NCBI GenBank assembly: GCA_010906965.1
Contig: JAAFHB010000003.1
Span: forward strand, 901-64,900
DNA from: Mariniphaga sp.
GTDB taxonomy: Bacteria; Bacteroidota; Bacteroidia; Bacteroidales; Prolixibacteraceae
DNA: 64,000 nt
Direction of reading: 5' to 3'
The translations under genes were made by a program, and so were the position numbers. A model generated the notes under the pieces. That model was given only the letters and a program-made list of their open reading frames with translations. It ran no database searches and was not told where the DNA came from. This document shows, in pieces, positions 31,405 through 40,745 of the stretch (the stretch's first letter is position 1; each line of letters begins with the position of its first letter).

Positions 31405-32511
31405 TCAGTTGAATATCTTTCCAACCCATGGAATTTGCCGGATCAGCCACGATACGAGCAATGAGGCCACAATTGTCAGGAAAGCAATGATAAAGAATTT
31501 GGGTATTATTCCGGGATGGATATCTTTGGTAAGAATTGAAAGTCCAATTAATATAGGTGCATGGAAGACATAAACACCGAAGGTATTTTCAGATAGAAAT
31601 TTCATGGTTTTACCTTGATCGTTCCATTTTGCTTTCGCAATTCCCAATAATGCAATAATAATGGAGACGCAGAAAAACGATTCCCAGAAGGCATAAAGAA
31701 ATGCACCGGCATTAAATCCTCCAAGGATCAGCATTTTTCCTTCTGATACTTTTCCGAAAAATCCTGCGATAAACCATAATGGAATCCCGATTCCAAAGGC
31801 GATGTACAGCCATTTTTTACCTTGCTGCAAGGTAATCTTCTCTATAATATTGATTCGCTGTGCCTGGGTACCTAAGTAAAAGAACACAATGTATGCTGCA
31901 AAATAGCAAAACTGGAAGTTGTAGAATGATGTACCAATAGGAGCGACAAGGCGGAAGCCAAATGCAAGCAAGGTGATTAAACCAATGATTGCCATGATTT
32001 TGAGATTGGAAACCCCAACGTTTGATTTTGCCGAAGGAAGGTATTTATGCACAACCGCATAAAGCACAGAGAAAATCAGAAGGGCAAAAGCAAACCAAAG
32101 AGGCCCCGTATGGCCCAGAAAATCAAGATTGTGAAAACCTTTCAATGTAAATTCCGCAATATTCAATTGAGGGTACACCAATTTCACGCATATTGGATGA
32201 ATAATGAAAATGTAAATCAATACTGGTATTCCAAGACGTTTTAAGCGTTCGAGAATAAAGGTTCTTGTTCCTTTCCGTTCAAGAGAGGCAGGTATAAAGT
32301 AGCCGGAAACAAAAAAGAAAAGCGACATGCTGAAAGCTTGTGCATGTGATTGGAAAAGAAAGAAAAATAGTTTTTCAAGGTCACCAAGCGGCATCGGTTC
32401 GTTATAATACCAGCTTCCAATACAACTGTAGGTTACAGCGCTGTGAATCATTACCACGATTACAATACAAAATACACGTAAGTTGTCGATATAAGGCAAT
32501 CTGACTGTCAT
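31405..32511 (-). CDS. Acyltransferase family 3 (membrane O-acyltransferase) protein
   Basis: 368 aa with about 10 TM helices. The N-terminal YIDNLRVFCIVIVVMIHSAVTY motif is characteristic of Acyl_transf_3. No SGNH domain is present. Confidence 0.8.
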   Translation of the reverse strand: MTVRLPYIDNLRVFCIVIVVMIHSAVTYSCIGSWYYNEPMPLGDLEKLFFFLFQSHAQAFSMSLFFFVSGYFIPASLERKGTRTFILERLKRLGIPVLIYIFIIHPICVKLVYPQLNIAEFTLKGFHNLDFLGHTGPLWFAFALLIFSVLYAVVHKYLPSAKSNVGVSNLKIMAIIGLITLLAFGFRLVAPIGTSFYNFQFCYFAAYIVFFYLGTQAQRINIIEKITLQQGKKWLYIAFGIGIPLWFIAGFFGKVSEGKMLILGGFNAGAFLYAFWESFFCVSIIIALLGIAKAKWNDQGKTMKFLSENTFGVYVFHAPILIGLSILTKDIHPGIIPKFFIIAFLTIVASLLVSWLIRQIPWVGKIFN

Positions 32512-32589
32512 GGGATTTTTTATTAGTTCTAAACAATATCTATATGTCGATTAAGTCCCTGGAATGTTACACACTTTTCGATTTATGAG

Positions 32590-32621
32590 ACAAAAAAGAG
32601 GTGCAACGCAAATTACACCTC
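32590..32621 (-). terminator. Intrinsic-terminator-like hairpin plus T6 on the minus strand, inside the 5' leader region of the acyltransferase gene
   Basis: The minus strand reads GAGGTGTAA-tttgcg-TTGCACCTC followed by TTTTTTG. It lies about 80 nt upstream of ATG 32511, and no upstream minus-strand gene is available for it to terminate. Confidence 0.5.
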
Positions 32622-32783
32622 AAACTAGCAAACGCAGTAACTGTTCTTTATTTCACCATTTGTGAAAAAATCATTGTATCTGCACAATTATTTTAGGTTT
32701 TAAAAAATAATAAAATTGAGTGACCCTTCTGAATTTTAAATAACTTTACTAATCGAACGCTGAACATTAAACATTCCGAATTT

Positions 32784-33890
32784 ATGAATAAACTACTTGT
32801 TCTTTTGGCAATTTTCCTTTCACTTTTTATTGGAAAAACATCCTTTTCGCAAGATGTATTGCCGGTCAGGGGATTTTGTATTGGCGCACCGAAAACGGTT
32901 GAAGTTGATGCTTTTATCAAATTTATTGCTGAAGAATTGGCGCCAAGGAAGGTGAATGCTTTGATTCTCAGAATTGATTACAATTATCAGTTCGAAAGTC
33001 ATCCCGAGTTGCGCGATGAATCGGCGCTGAGCAAAGCAGAAGTAAAAAAGATGGTTGATATTTGCCGCAAAAACCAAATTCGTTTGATTCCTCAAATCAA
33101 TTTACTTGGCCATCAGTCATGGGCAGAGAAAGTAACCAATCTTTTGCGTGTTTATCCACAGTTTGACGAAACACCTCAGGCCGAAATGCCACAAAAATAC
33201 AAATGGCCCAATTCAGATTCACTTTATTGTAAAAGTTATTGTCCACTTCATCCTGATGTTCATAAGATTGTTTTTGCTTTGGTTGATGAGATTTGCGATG
33301 CATTTGAAACTGATGCTTTTCACGCCGGCATGGATGAGGTTTTTTACATTGGTGATGATAAATGTCCACGCTGTTCAGGCAAAGATAAAGCCGAATTATT
33401 TGCCGGTGAAGTGAACCTGATCCGTAATCATCTTGCTATGAAAAATCGCCAGCTCTGGATCTGGGGTGACCGACTCCTTGATGGAAAAACCACTGGGATG
33501 GGAATGTGGGAAGCGAGTTTTAACAATACACACCGTGCAATTGATTTGATATCCAAAGATGTGATGATTTGCGACTGGCATTATGAACGGCCCGATCAGT
33601 CTGCGGTCTATTTTGCGACCAAAGGCTTTAGTGTTGTTACTTGTCCATGGAGAATGCCGGAAATCGCAGTCCGGCAAACGCAGGATATGTTTCGGTTCAG
33701 GGCTTCGGTAACTCCGGAAATGAAAGTGCGTTTTCAGGGAATGATGCAAACAGTCTGGTCGGGCGCCGGACAATTTATGGATGAATTCTACGGACGGAAA
33801 ACCAATAATAAGGACAATGCAAACACGCCAACCAATTGTTTTAAAGCAATGTTTGATGAGATTCAGAAACAAAATACAATAAAGAACTAA
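32784..33890 (+). CDS. GH20-like (beta-N-acetylhexosaminidase catalytic TIM-barrel only) protein
   Basis: 368 aa with a signal peptide. It has INLLGHQSW and FHAGMDEVF (an H-x-G-x-D-E catalytic pair pattern). The usual GH20b N-domain is absent. Confidence 0.65.
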   Translation: MNKLLVLLAIFLSLFIGKTSFSQDVLPVRGFCIGAPKTVEVDAFIKFIAEELAPRKVNALILRIDYNYQFESHPELRDESALSKAEVKKMVDICRKNQIRLIPQINLLGHQSWAEKVTNLLRVYPQFDETPQAEMPQKYKWPNSDSLYCKSYCPLHPDVHKIVFALVDEICDAFETDAFHAGMDEVFYIGDDKCPRCSGKDKAELFAGEVNLIRNHLAMKNRQLWIWGDRLLDGKTTGMGMWEASFNNTHRAIDLISKDVMICDWHYERPDQSAVYFATKGFSVVTCPWRMPEIAVRQTQDMFRFRASVTPEMKVRFQGMMQTVWSGAGQFMDEFYGRKTNNKDNANTPTNCFKAMFDEIQKQNTIKN

Positions 33891-33987
33891 ATCTTTTTGT
33901 CAATAATATTTATCTGAATATCTGCCAGGCGCCAGCTGCTAACTGCCAGTCGCATTATTCTTTAACGTAGTCAATAACTATCAAACA

Positions 33988-35154
33988 ATGTCTATTCAGC
34001 AAAACCGTATTTTTTCAATTGATGTTTTTAGGGCAATCACCATGTTGCTGATGATTTTTGTAAACGATCTTTGGTCGTTAACTGGTGTACCGCTTTGGCT
34101 TGAACATGCTCGGGCAGATCAGGATTTTCTGGGATTTTCGGATATTGTTTTTCCCTGTTTCCTGTTTATTGTTGGAATGTCGATACCCTATGCGATGCGT
34201 AACAGGTTAGCGAAAGGGGAAAACTACTTTCAGGTTCTGCGTCATATTGCACTGCGATCGCTGGCACTGCTGGTGATGGGATTTTTCACGGTTAATATAG
34301 GTGATCTGAATGTTGAAGCATCGGGTTTAAGCAGGGAATGGTTTCAAATAATAATGGTCGCCGGATTTTTCCTGATCTGGAATGTGTACCCAAAATCGGA
34401 AGACTGGAAAAAATACCTTTTCAACGGATTGCAACTGGTTGGTATACTTACATTGATTTTGCTGGTTTTTCTTTTTAAAGGTGATAAGGATGGCACAGAA
34501 CAAATGACGCCTCAATGGTGGGGGATCCTGGGGCTCATTGGCTGGACTTACCTGATTTGTGCACCTATTTACCTGTTTGCCCGCAAATCTCTGGTCTTGC
34601 TGCTGCTCTTCTGGTTCCTATTTACAATGCTAAACATCGCTGACCATGCCGGTTGGCTACATACACCAATTCCGGGTGGTGGCGCTTTCCAGGGATTTGC
34701 TTTTGCCGGAATTGCCGCAAGCCTGCTGACTGATCGGGCCAATACGCCTGAAAAACGTCGGAAACTGCCGTTGTTTTACATCGGAATTGGCATTCTATTG
34801 TTGCTAACCGGTTTTGCATTGCGTAACTTTTTTATTATTTCGAAGATTCAGGCAACTCCGACATGGGTCTTTCTGTGCAACGCAATTGCCTTTGGGTTTT
34901 TTGCAGTAATTTATTTTGTGGTCGATCTGAAAGGGAAAGGCAGTTGGTTTAGCCTGATCAAACCTGCAGGAACAAGCACCCTCACCTGTTACCTGATTCC
35001 ATACGTTTATTATAGTATTGCCACCTTTGCTTTTACGCTTCCTTTATTTTTGAAAACGGGAGTGGTGGGTTTGTTAAAATCGTTTGTTTATGCACTGATC
35101 ATCATTGGAATTACAGCACTTCTGGGTAAATTGAAGATAAAGCTTAAAATTTAG
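33988..35154 (+). CDS. NagX / HGSNAT-like transmembrane protein (DUF5009/DUF1624)
   Basis: 388 aa with about 11 TM helices. The N-terminal RIFSIDVFRAITMLLMIFVND motif is typical of the heparan-alpha-glucosaminide N-acetyltransferase-like family. Confidence 0.75.
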   Translation: MSIQQNRIFSIDVFRAITMLLMIFVNDLWSLTGVPLWLEHARADQDFLGFSDIVFPCFLFIVGMSIPYAMRNRLAKGENYFQVLRHIALRSLALLVMGFFTVNIGDLNVEASGLSREWFQIIMVAGFFLIWNVYPKSEDWKKYLFNGLQLVGILTLILLVFLFKGDKDGTEQMTPQWWGILGLIGWTYLICAPIYLFARKSLVLLLLFWFLFTMLNIADHAGWLHTPIPGGGAFQGFAFAGIAASLLTDRANTPEKRRKLPLFYIGIGILLLLTGFALRNFFIISKIQATPTWVFLCNAIAFGFFAVIYFVVDLKGKGSWFSLIKPAGTSTLTCYLIPYVYYSIATFAFTLPLFLKTGVVGLLKSFVYALIIIGITALLGKLKIKLKI

Positions 35155-35251
35155 GGTCATGTAACGAAACGAAATGATTTTTTTATTGCTATTTTGTGAT
35201 GTTATACCAAAGTAAGAAACCTGGAAATCTCTATTCTTAAGTTTTGTTCAT

Positions 35252-36733
35252 ATGTTTGAAAATCATATTTTTATAAAGAGTCTTTATTTAGTAATTATTC
35301 TTTTCCTTTTGTTTAGTTGCAACGATCAGCCTGATGGTAACATCCTAAATATTGAAAAAACGGCCATTATTGAACCTGATTATTCCGAAGTTACAATACC
35401 TCCAAATATCGCCCCCCTGAACTTAATTATTAAGGAACCCGGATCAGCCTATTTTGTGAAATTTTCATCTGCTAAAGGAACTGAAATAGACGTTTATTCA
35501 AGTGATGGGAAAATCCAAATTCCGGAAAACAAATGGCGGAAAATGCTGCAAGACAATACTGGGAAGGAGATCAAAATTGAAATTTATTCAAAGATGCCGG
35601 ATGGTAAGTGGTCAATATTCAAGACAATTACCAATAAGATTGCGTCCGAAAAAATTGATCCTTATTTATATTACCGGCTCGTATATCCAGGTTATGAAAG
35701 TTGGACAGAACTGAGTATCAACCGGCGTAATCTTGAAAGCTTTGAATCGGAGTCGCTGATCGAAAATAGTGTTGTCGATGAGAATTGTGTGAACTGTCAC
35801 TCGTTTAACAACAGGAGAACGGATGATTTTGTCTTTCATATGAGGGGAAATATGGGTGGCACTTATTTTTATTCAGGAGGCGAATTCAAAAAGATCAACC
35901 TGAAAACTCAGGAGATGAAGAATGGAGCAGTTTACCCGCGTTGGCATCCTTCCGGTAAATTTGTCGCCTTTTCATCCAATAAAATCACGCAACGATTTCA
36001 TGCTGCGGACAACAAGAAGGTTGAAGTAACCGATCTTGAATCTTCGCTGGTTCTGTATGATGTTGCGAAAAATGAGATAATGGATATACAATTGACCAAC
36101 CGCGAAAAATTTATGGATACTTATCCCGAATGGTCTCCTGATGGTAAGTATCTCTATTTCTGCCGGGCTGATCAAATTGGGAAAGATTACGATTACAAGC
36201 AGATCAGGTACAATTTGTGTCGTGCTTCCTTTGATGCAGGGAAACGAACCTTCGGGGAGGTTGAAATGATATTTGATGCTGCACAAATCAATAAAAGTAT
36301 CTCTTTCCCAAGAATTTCACCCGATGGGCGGTTTCTTATTGTGACCTTGGCTGATTACGGATGTTTCCCGATCTGGCATAAAGAGGCTGACCTGTATTCT
36401 ATTGATCTTGATAATTTTAAAGCGAGCCGGCTCGATCTGAATAGCGACGAAACCGACAGTTATCATTCGTGGTCATCGGATAGCAGATGGCTGATATTTA
36501 GCAGTAAGCGTGGGGATGGTTTGACGGCAAGGCCTTATATCGCCTACATTGACAAAAACGGTATTTCGGGTAAACCATTTATTCTGCCACAGGAGGATCC
36601 TGAATTCTATCAGCGGTTTTTAAAGAGCTTTAATATCCCTGAATTTTCAACGGTTGAAATCAAGCTGAATCCCGGAGATATCCGGAAGTTATCCAAAACA
36701 GAAGCGACACCAGCCAAATGGTCTAATAATTAA
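35252..36733 (+). CDS. Lipoprotein with a single CxxCH motif and a TolB/PD40-like beta-propeller
   Basis: 493 aa with lipobox LFSC (aa 20-23) and CVNCH at aa 179-183 (nt 35786-35800). PD40-like repeats are YPRWHPSGKFVAFSS, YPEWSPDGKYLYFCR, FPRISPDGRFLIVTL and YHSWSSDSRWLIFSSKR. Confidence 0.6.
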   Translation: MFENHIFIKSLYLVIILFLLFSCNDQPDGNILNIEKTAIIEPDYSEVTIPPNIAPLNLIIKEPGSAYFVKFSSAKGTEIDVYSSDGKIQIPENKWRKMLQDNTGKEIKIEIYSKMPDGKWSIFKTITNKIASEKIDPYLYYRLVYPGYESWTELSINRRNLESFESESLIENSVVDENCVNCHSFNNRRTDDFVFHMRGNMGGTYFYSGGEFKKINLKTQEMKNGAVYPRWHPSGKFVAFSSNKITQRFHAADNKKVEVTDLESSLVLYDVAKNEIMDIQLTNREKFMDTYPEWSPDGKYLYFCRADQIGKDYDYKQIRYNLCRASFDAGKRTFGEVEMIFDAAQINKSISFPRISPDGRFLIVTLADYGCFPIWHKEADLYSIDLDNFKASRLDLNSDETDSYHSWSSDSRWLIFSSKRGDGLTARPYIAYIDKNGISGKPFILPQEDPEFYQRFLKSFNIPEFSTVEIKLNPGDIRKLSKTEATPAKWSNN

Positions 36734-36751
36734 TTTTTTACTGAAATATTC

Positions 36752-38533
36752 ATGCAATCGAATCTAAACCGAATTACGATAAAAAAAAATCTTGTTTTTT
36801 CCATGCTGCCATACATGGTGTTCTTTATAGGTTCATTTATTTATTTTGGATTTTTTGTCAGCTACATCTTCTTTTACCAGGAAAAATCGACCCTTTTTAT
36901 CTCTTCATCCGATTTTCTGATTGAAAATCTTCACCAACCGGGTGGACTACTCATATACCTTGGGAAGTTTCTTTCAACATTTTTTTATTATCCGCTTGCC
37001 GGTGCAGCAATCGTTTCGACCTGCCTCACCCTGATTGTATTAACCGTTTCAAAAATTATCGGTTTTGTCGCCGGGAAGCGTGCAATGATTGTTCCGTTTA
37101 TAATCGGAATCCTGCTGTTTTATCTTCAGGCAGATTATCGTTTTCTGCTTTTCAATACCCTTGGAGTTTTGCTTCAGCTTGCTCTCTTTTACCTGTCAAT
37201 TAGATTTATGGCATCATGGAGAATATGGATACCTGTTTTAATCACCCCGTTTTTGTATTTTGTAACAGGTAGTTTTGCATGGCTTTTCTGCGTCATGCTT
37301 ACATTCCATCTGGTTATTAATAACGAAAAGAAGGACAGGATAAAAATTATCACTTTGTGGGCACTGACTTTGATAACGATCTATATTTCAAAAGAATTTC
37401 TTTTCTTTCAAACCGAAGAAGTGCTCCTGAAGTTCCCTTTTTCGGATATAAATACCGGTGAGCAGCAGTTACTTTTTCTTGCAGGCATTCTTTCACTTCT
37501 GCCACTAATTGCCAGTATTAAGTTCAGTATGCCCGGTAAATTCAGAATTTCGGATCATGCGAAAGGACTTATCACAATATTTGTAGTGGTTATGGCTCTT
37601 TCCTCAATTGGATTTCAACGTTTTGATATTAAATTAAAGCAGTACTTCCATGTTGAAAAATTGTTTTATCAAAATAAATTTGAGGAAGTAATTGCTTATA
37701 ATATAGCAAATCCATCTTCCAATTCTTTGACGATCTTTTTGAATAATATAGCGTTATGTGAAACGGATCAACTGAACGATTTGCTCTTTCATTTCAGGCA
37801 AAGTACAGATGGTAATACGCTATTTCTGAAATGGGAGATGGAAGGAGAGGTACTTAAACGAGGTGGGTATTTTTATTACACAATTGGAATGGTGAATGAG
37901 GCACACCGCTGGGCTTTCGAGAATATGGTGATGAAGGGTCATTCACCCGAAGGGTTAAAAATGCTGATCAGGACCGAATTGATTAATGGTAATTATAAGA
38001 TGGCATCCAAGTATATTGCATTACTAAAGAATACCTTTTTCTATGCAACGGAAGCTAAAGCATTTGAAAATCTACTGTTTAATGATAAGGCCATTGAGGA
38101 AAACATGGAGTTTGGTGAAAAAAGACGAGGCCGGATTGAAACAGATTTTTTCGCAATCACTGATAATGCAAATGTCAATATTGAAAGAATACTGGCTAAT
38201 GATTCGCTGAACAGAAAGGCTTTTGAATATAAAATGGCATTTCTTCTGCTAAAAAAGGATTATCAGCATATTACAGATTTCCTTCCTCAATTTGAAAGGC
38301 TTGGATTTAATAAAATTCCCGTGCATATCGGAGAAGCAGCGATTGCATTTGCGACCTTAAACAGCAAACCTTTACCCGTGTTAAGAAGACTTTCGATCGA
38401 TCCTCAAACAGAACCCCGGTGGACGCAGTTTCTTCAGACTTTTCAGGCAAAGGGCAATAACCTTAAAGCGGCAGAGCCTGCCTTGCGAACTAATTTCAGT
38501 AATACCTTTTGGTATTACTCGTTTTATATGTAA
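36752..38533 (+). CDS. Large polytopic membrane protein with soluble helical C-terminal domain (DUF6057-like)
   Basis: 593 aa. Roughly 8-10 hydrophobic helices occupy the first ~280 aa, followed by a TPR-like helical region (GYFYYTIGMVNEAHRWAFENM...INGNYKMASKYIALL). It starts 18 nt after the previous gene. The family name is from memory. Confidence 0.6.
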   Translation: MQSNLNRITIKKNLVFSMLPYMVFFIGSFIYFGFFVSYIFFYQEKSTLFISSSDFLIENLHQPGGLLIYLGKFLSTFFYYPLAGAAIVSTCLTLIVLTVSKIIGFVAGKRAMIVPFIIGILLFYLQADYRFLLFNTLGVLLQLALFYLSIRFMASWRIWIPVLITPFLYFVTGSFAWLFCVMLTFHLVINNEKKDRIKIITLWALTLITIYISKEFLFFQTEEVLLKFPFSDINTGEQQLLFLAGILSLLPLIASIKFSMPGKFRISDHAKGLITIFVVVMALSSIGFQRFDIKLKQYFHVEKLFYQNKFEEVIAYNIANPSSNSLTIFLNNIALCETDQLNDLLFHFRQSTDGNTLFLKWEMEGEVLKRGGYFYYTIGMVNEAHRWAFENMVMKGHSPEGLKMLIRTELINGNYKMASKYIALLKNTFFYATEAKAFENLLFNDKAIEENMEFGEKRRGRIETDFFAITDNANVNIERILANDSLNRKAFEYKMAFLLLKKDYQHITDFLPQFERLGFNKIPVHIGEAAIAFATLNSKPLPVLRRLSIDPQTEPRWTQFLQTFQAKGNNLKAAEPALRTNFSNTFWYYSFYM

Positions 38534-38830
38534 CCTGATTTCCAAATAGGGGAGTGCGCAAATATATTGGGGATAGTGTGGCTCAATACCGGTTAACGTC
38601 CCGGAAAGCTGAATGTAAAATAAGTTACACTGGGTTTCACAGGGTATAGCACAGATTTTCATAGTTTAGTTTTACTTTACAGCGTCAAATCGGTTGCCGA
38701 AAAACATTGTGTAACACTGCATGAACTCTATGAAACATTGTGTAGCTTTTTCTTTAAATTATATAAAACCAATAAATGATTGTATTTCCTTGTCATATGG
38801 CATGTCATTTATGATTTTAAAACGCAAAGA

Positions 38831-38857
38831 AAACCCCTCCGTTTTGCAGAGGGGTTT
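38831..38857 (-). terminator. Rho-independent terminator downstream of susD-like gene
   Basis: AAACCCCTC-cgttttgca-GAGGGGTTT. On the minus strand the hairpin is followed by a T-rich tract (TTTTCTTTGCGTTTT). Confidence 0.7.
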
Positions 38858-38883
38858 TAAGATTGTATAAACTTTGAATTATA

Positions 38884-40734
38884 TTAATATCCAGGATTCT
38901 GAACAAGCTGAGTATTTTTGTTCATCTCATCACGCATAATTGGGAAGAAATAGCATTTGTTATTCCATGCCCTTGCATCACCAGGTGTTTCTTTTTTGGC
39001 AAAAGTCGGAACACTCCAGGTTGAACCATCAGGTTGTCTGTAAGCGGCAACAGTTGCTGAAGATGTATTGTAACTTACATCGACAGAGGAAGTCTGTTTA
39101 TAAGCGACTGATCCAATCAACCAACGGCGAACATCCCAGAAACGTTGATCTTCGAAAGCCATTTCAACACGACGTTCGTGACGGTAAGCCTGACGTAACG
39201 CATCACCGGCTAAAGCTGGCAAATCGGGTTGACCAGCACGTTTGCGTATCATGTTAATGTAAGTGCGCGCTTCAGCATCCTGACCCAGTTCAATACAAGC
39301 CTCGGCGTAGTTTAATAGGACTTCACCATATCTGAGGTGTTTAAACGGAACATCCTGCTTTACATACTGAGGATCAACCGAAGGATCAACATATTTACGT
39401 AAATAATAACCTGTTTTACCACCGTTCCAGTCTTCAATTGGGCCTGAACGTGTATCCAAGCCAGCTTTTATCATAGTTGTACCATTATAAACGTATCCTA
39501 CCTGAATTTTGCTGAAGGGATCAATCTTTAATGCGTCGTCCGGACGTTTTCTCCATTGTACGCCTTCGTAAAGAATAGAAGCATATAAACGGGCATCGCG
39601 TTTGAGATAAGGATTCGCCTTTTGAACAGGATTAGTCCAGTCGAATTTGCTTCCGTCTTTCATTTCATAGTCGTCAACGAGATCACCAAGTGGTGTATTG
39701 TTACCCCAGTTATGGTAGCCATTAGGCCCGCAATACAATGCAGGATTGTATCCATCCCAGTCCTCATCTGTTTTTGGCGTAAAGAATTGCAAAAGGATAT
39801 CTTCGCTTGATCCTTTGGAGGTAAACAATTCAACAAAGTTTTGAGCTACAGAATCAGTTGAAGCAGGAGATGCTTTATATAAACTGTAAGTTCCCAGATC
39901 AATAACAGCTTTAGCAGCAGTCTTGGCAGCTGTCCACCGGGCAGTTGCATCGCCTCCAACGTAACCTAGTAATTCAGGTTTAGCAAATCCGGCAGTCGCA
40001 ACACTGTTTTTTGCAGAATTATGCAAATCGCTTGCGGCATAGAGTAAAACTCTCGCTTTAAATGCCAAAGCAGCCCCTTTTGTTACACGACCATTATCCG
40101 TAGCATCGGCATAACTTGCGGGTAAATTCATGGCAGCTGAATCGATCTGTCCTACTACATATTTAATGCACTCATCGTATGTATTTCTTGGAACTGTGAA
40201 CTCGTCTTTTAATCCGTAAGCTTTCGTAATAATCGGAACGCCACCATAAAGATTCGTCAGATAGAAATAGGTCCATGCACGCATAAAATAAGCTTCACCC
40301 TTTAATCTGGGCACCATGGCCTGTGGATCATCCACCACATTTTTAATATTGGCAAAGAAGATGTTAGCGCGCCGAACATTCATATACAAAGGCGCCCAAC
40401 GATAATGCAATGTATGCGGTGTAGCCCAGTCTACTTGCCAGCCATAAAGACCATCGGAGGTCATCAAGCTCTTATTGAAGTTAAGTACATCCCAGTCGGG
40501 AGTGAAAAAAGATTCGTCTGAGTAATCCGACAGGCGCTCGATAGAAAACGGGAAACCCAATGCATTACGATACATGCTGTTCACAAACGTTTCAGCAAGG
40601 GAAGGATCAGTCCAAACTGCAGTTTCGGAGTAGTCTCCAAGTGGTTGTTTATCCAAAAAATCGGCTGATTTTGTACAGGAGAACAGTGTTGAGATGATTG
40701 TTGCAATCATCAATAGATTGAATATCTTTTTCAT
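38884..40734 (-). CDS. susD: SusD/RagB-family outer-membrane glycan-binding lipoprotein
   Basis: 616 aa with lipobox LFSC. It shows the TPR-like SusD layout (WTDPSLAETFVNSMY...RAWTYFYLTNLYGGVPI...VLLNYAEACIELG) and sits directly downstream of susC. Confidence 0.95.
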   Translation of the reverse strand: MKKIFNLLMIATIISTLFSCTKSADFLDKQPLGDYSETAVWTDPSLAETFVNSMYRNALGFPFSIERLSDYSDESFFTPDWDVLNFNKSLMTSDGLYGWQVDWATPHTLHYRWAPLYMNVRRANIFFANIKNVVDDPQAMVPRLKGEAYFMRAWTYFYLTNLYGGVPIITKAYGLKDEFTVPRNTYDECIKYVVGQIDSAAMNLPASYADATDNGRVTKGAALAFKARVLLYAASDLHNSAKNSVATAGFAKPELLGYVGGDATARWTAAKTAAKAVIDLGTYSLYKASPASTDSVAQNFVELFTSKGSSEDILLQFFTPKTDEDWDGYNPALYCGPNGYHNWGNNTPLGDLVDDYEMKDGSKFDWTNPVQKANPYLKRDARLYASILYEGVQWRKRPDDALKIDPFSKIQVGYVYNGTTMIKAGLDTRSGPIEDWNGGKTGYYLRKYVDPSVDPQYVKQDVPFKHLRYGEVLLNYAEACIELGQDAEARTYINMIRKRAGQPDLPALAGDALRQAYRHERRVEMAFEDQRFWDVRRWLIGSVAYKQTSSVDVSYNTSSATVAAYRQPDGSTWSVPTFAKKETPGDARAWNNKCYFFPIMRDEMNKNTQLVQNPGY

Positions 40735-40745
40735 TTTAATTCTTT

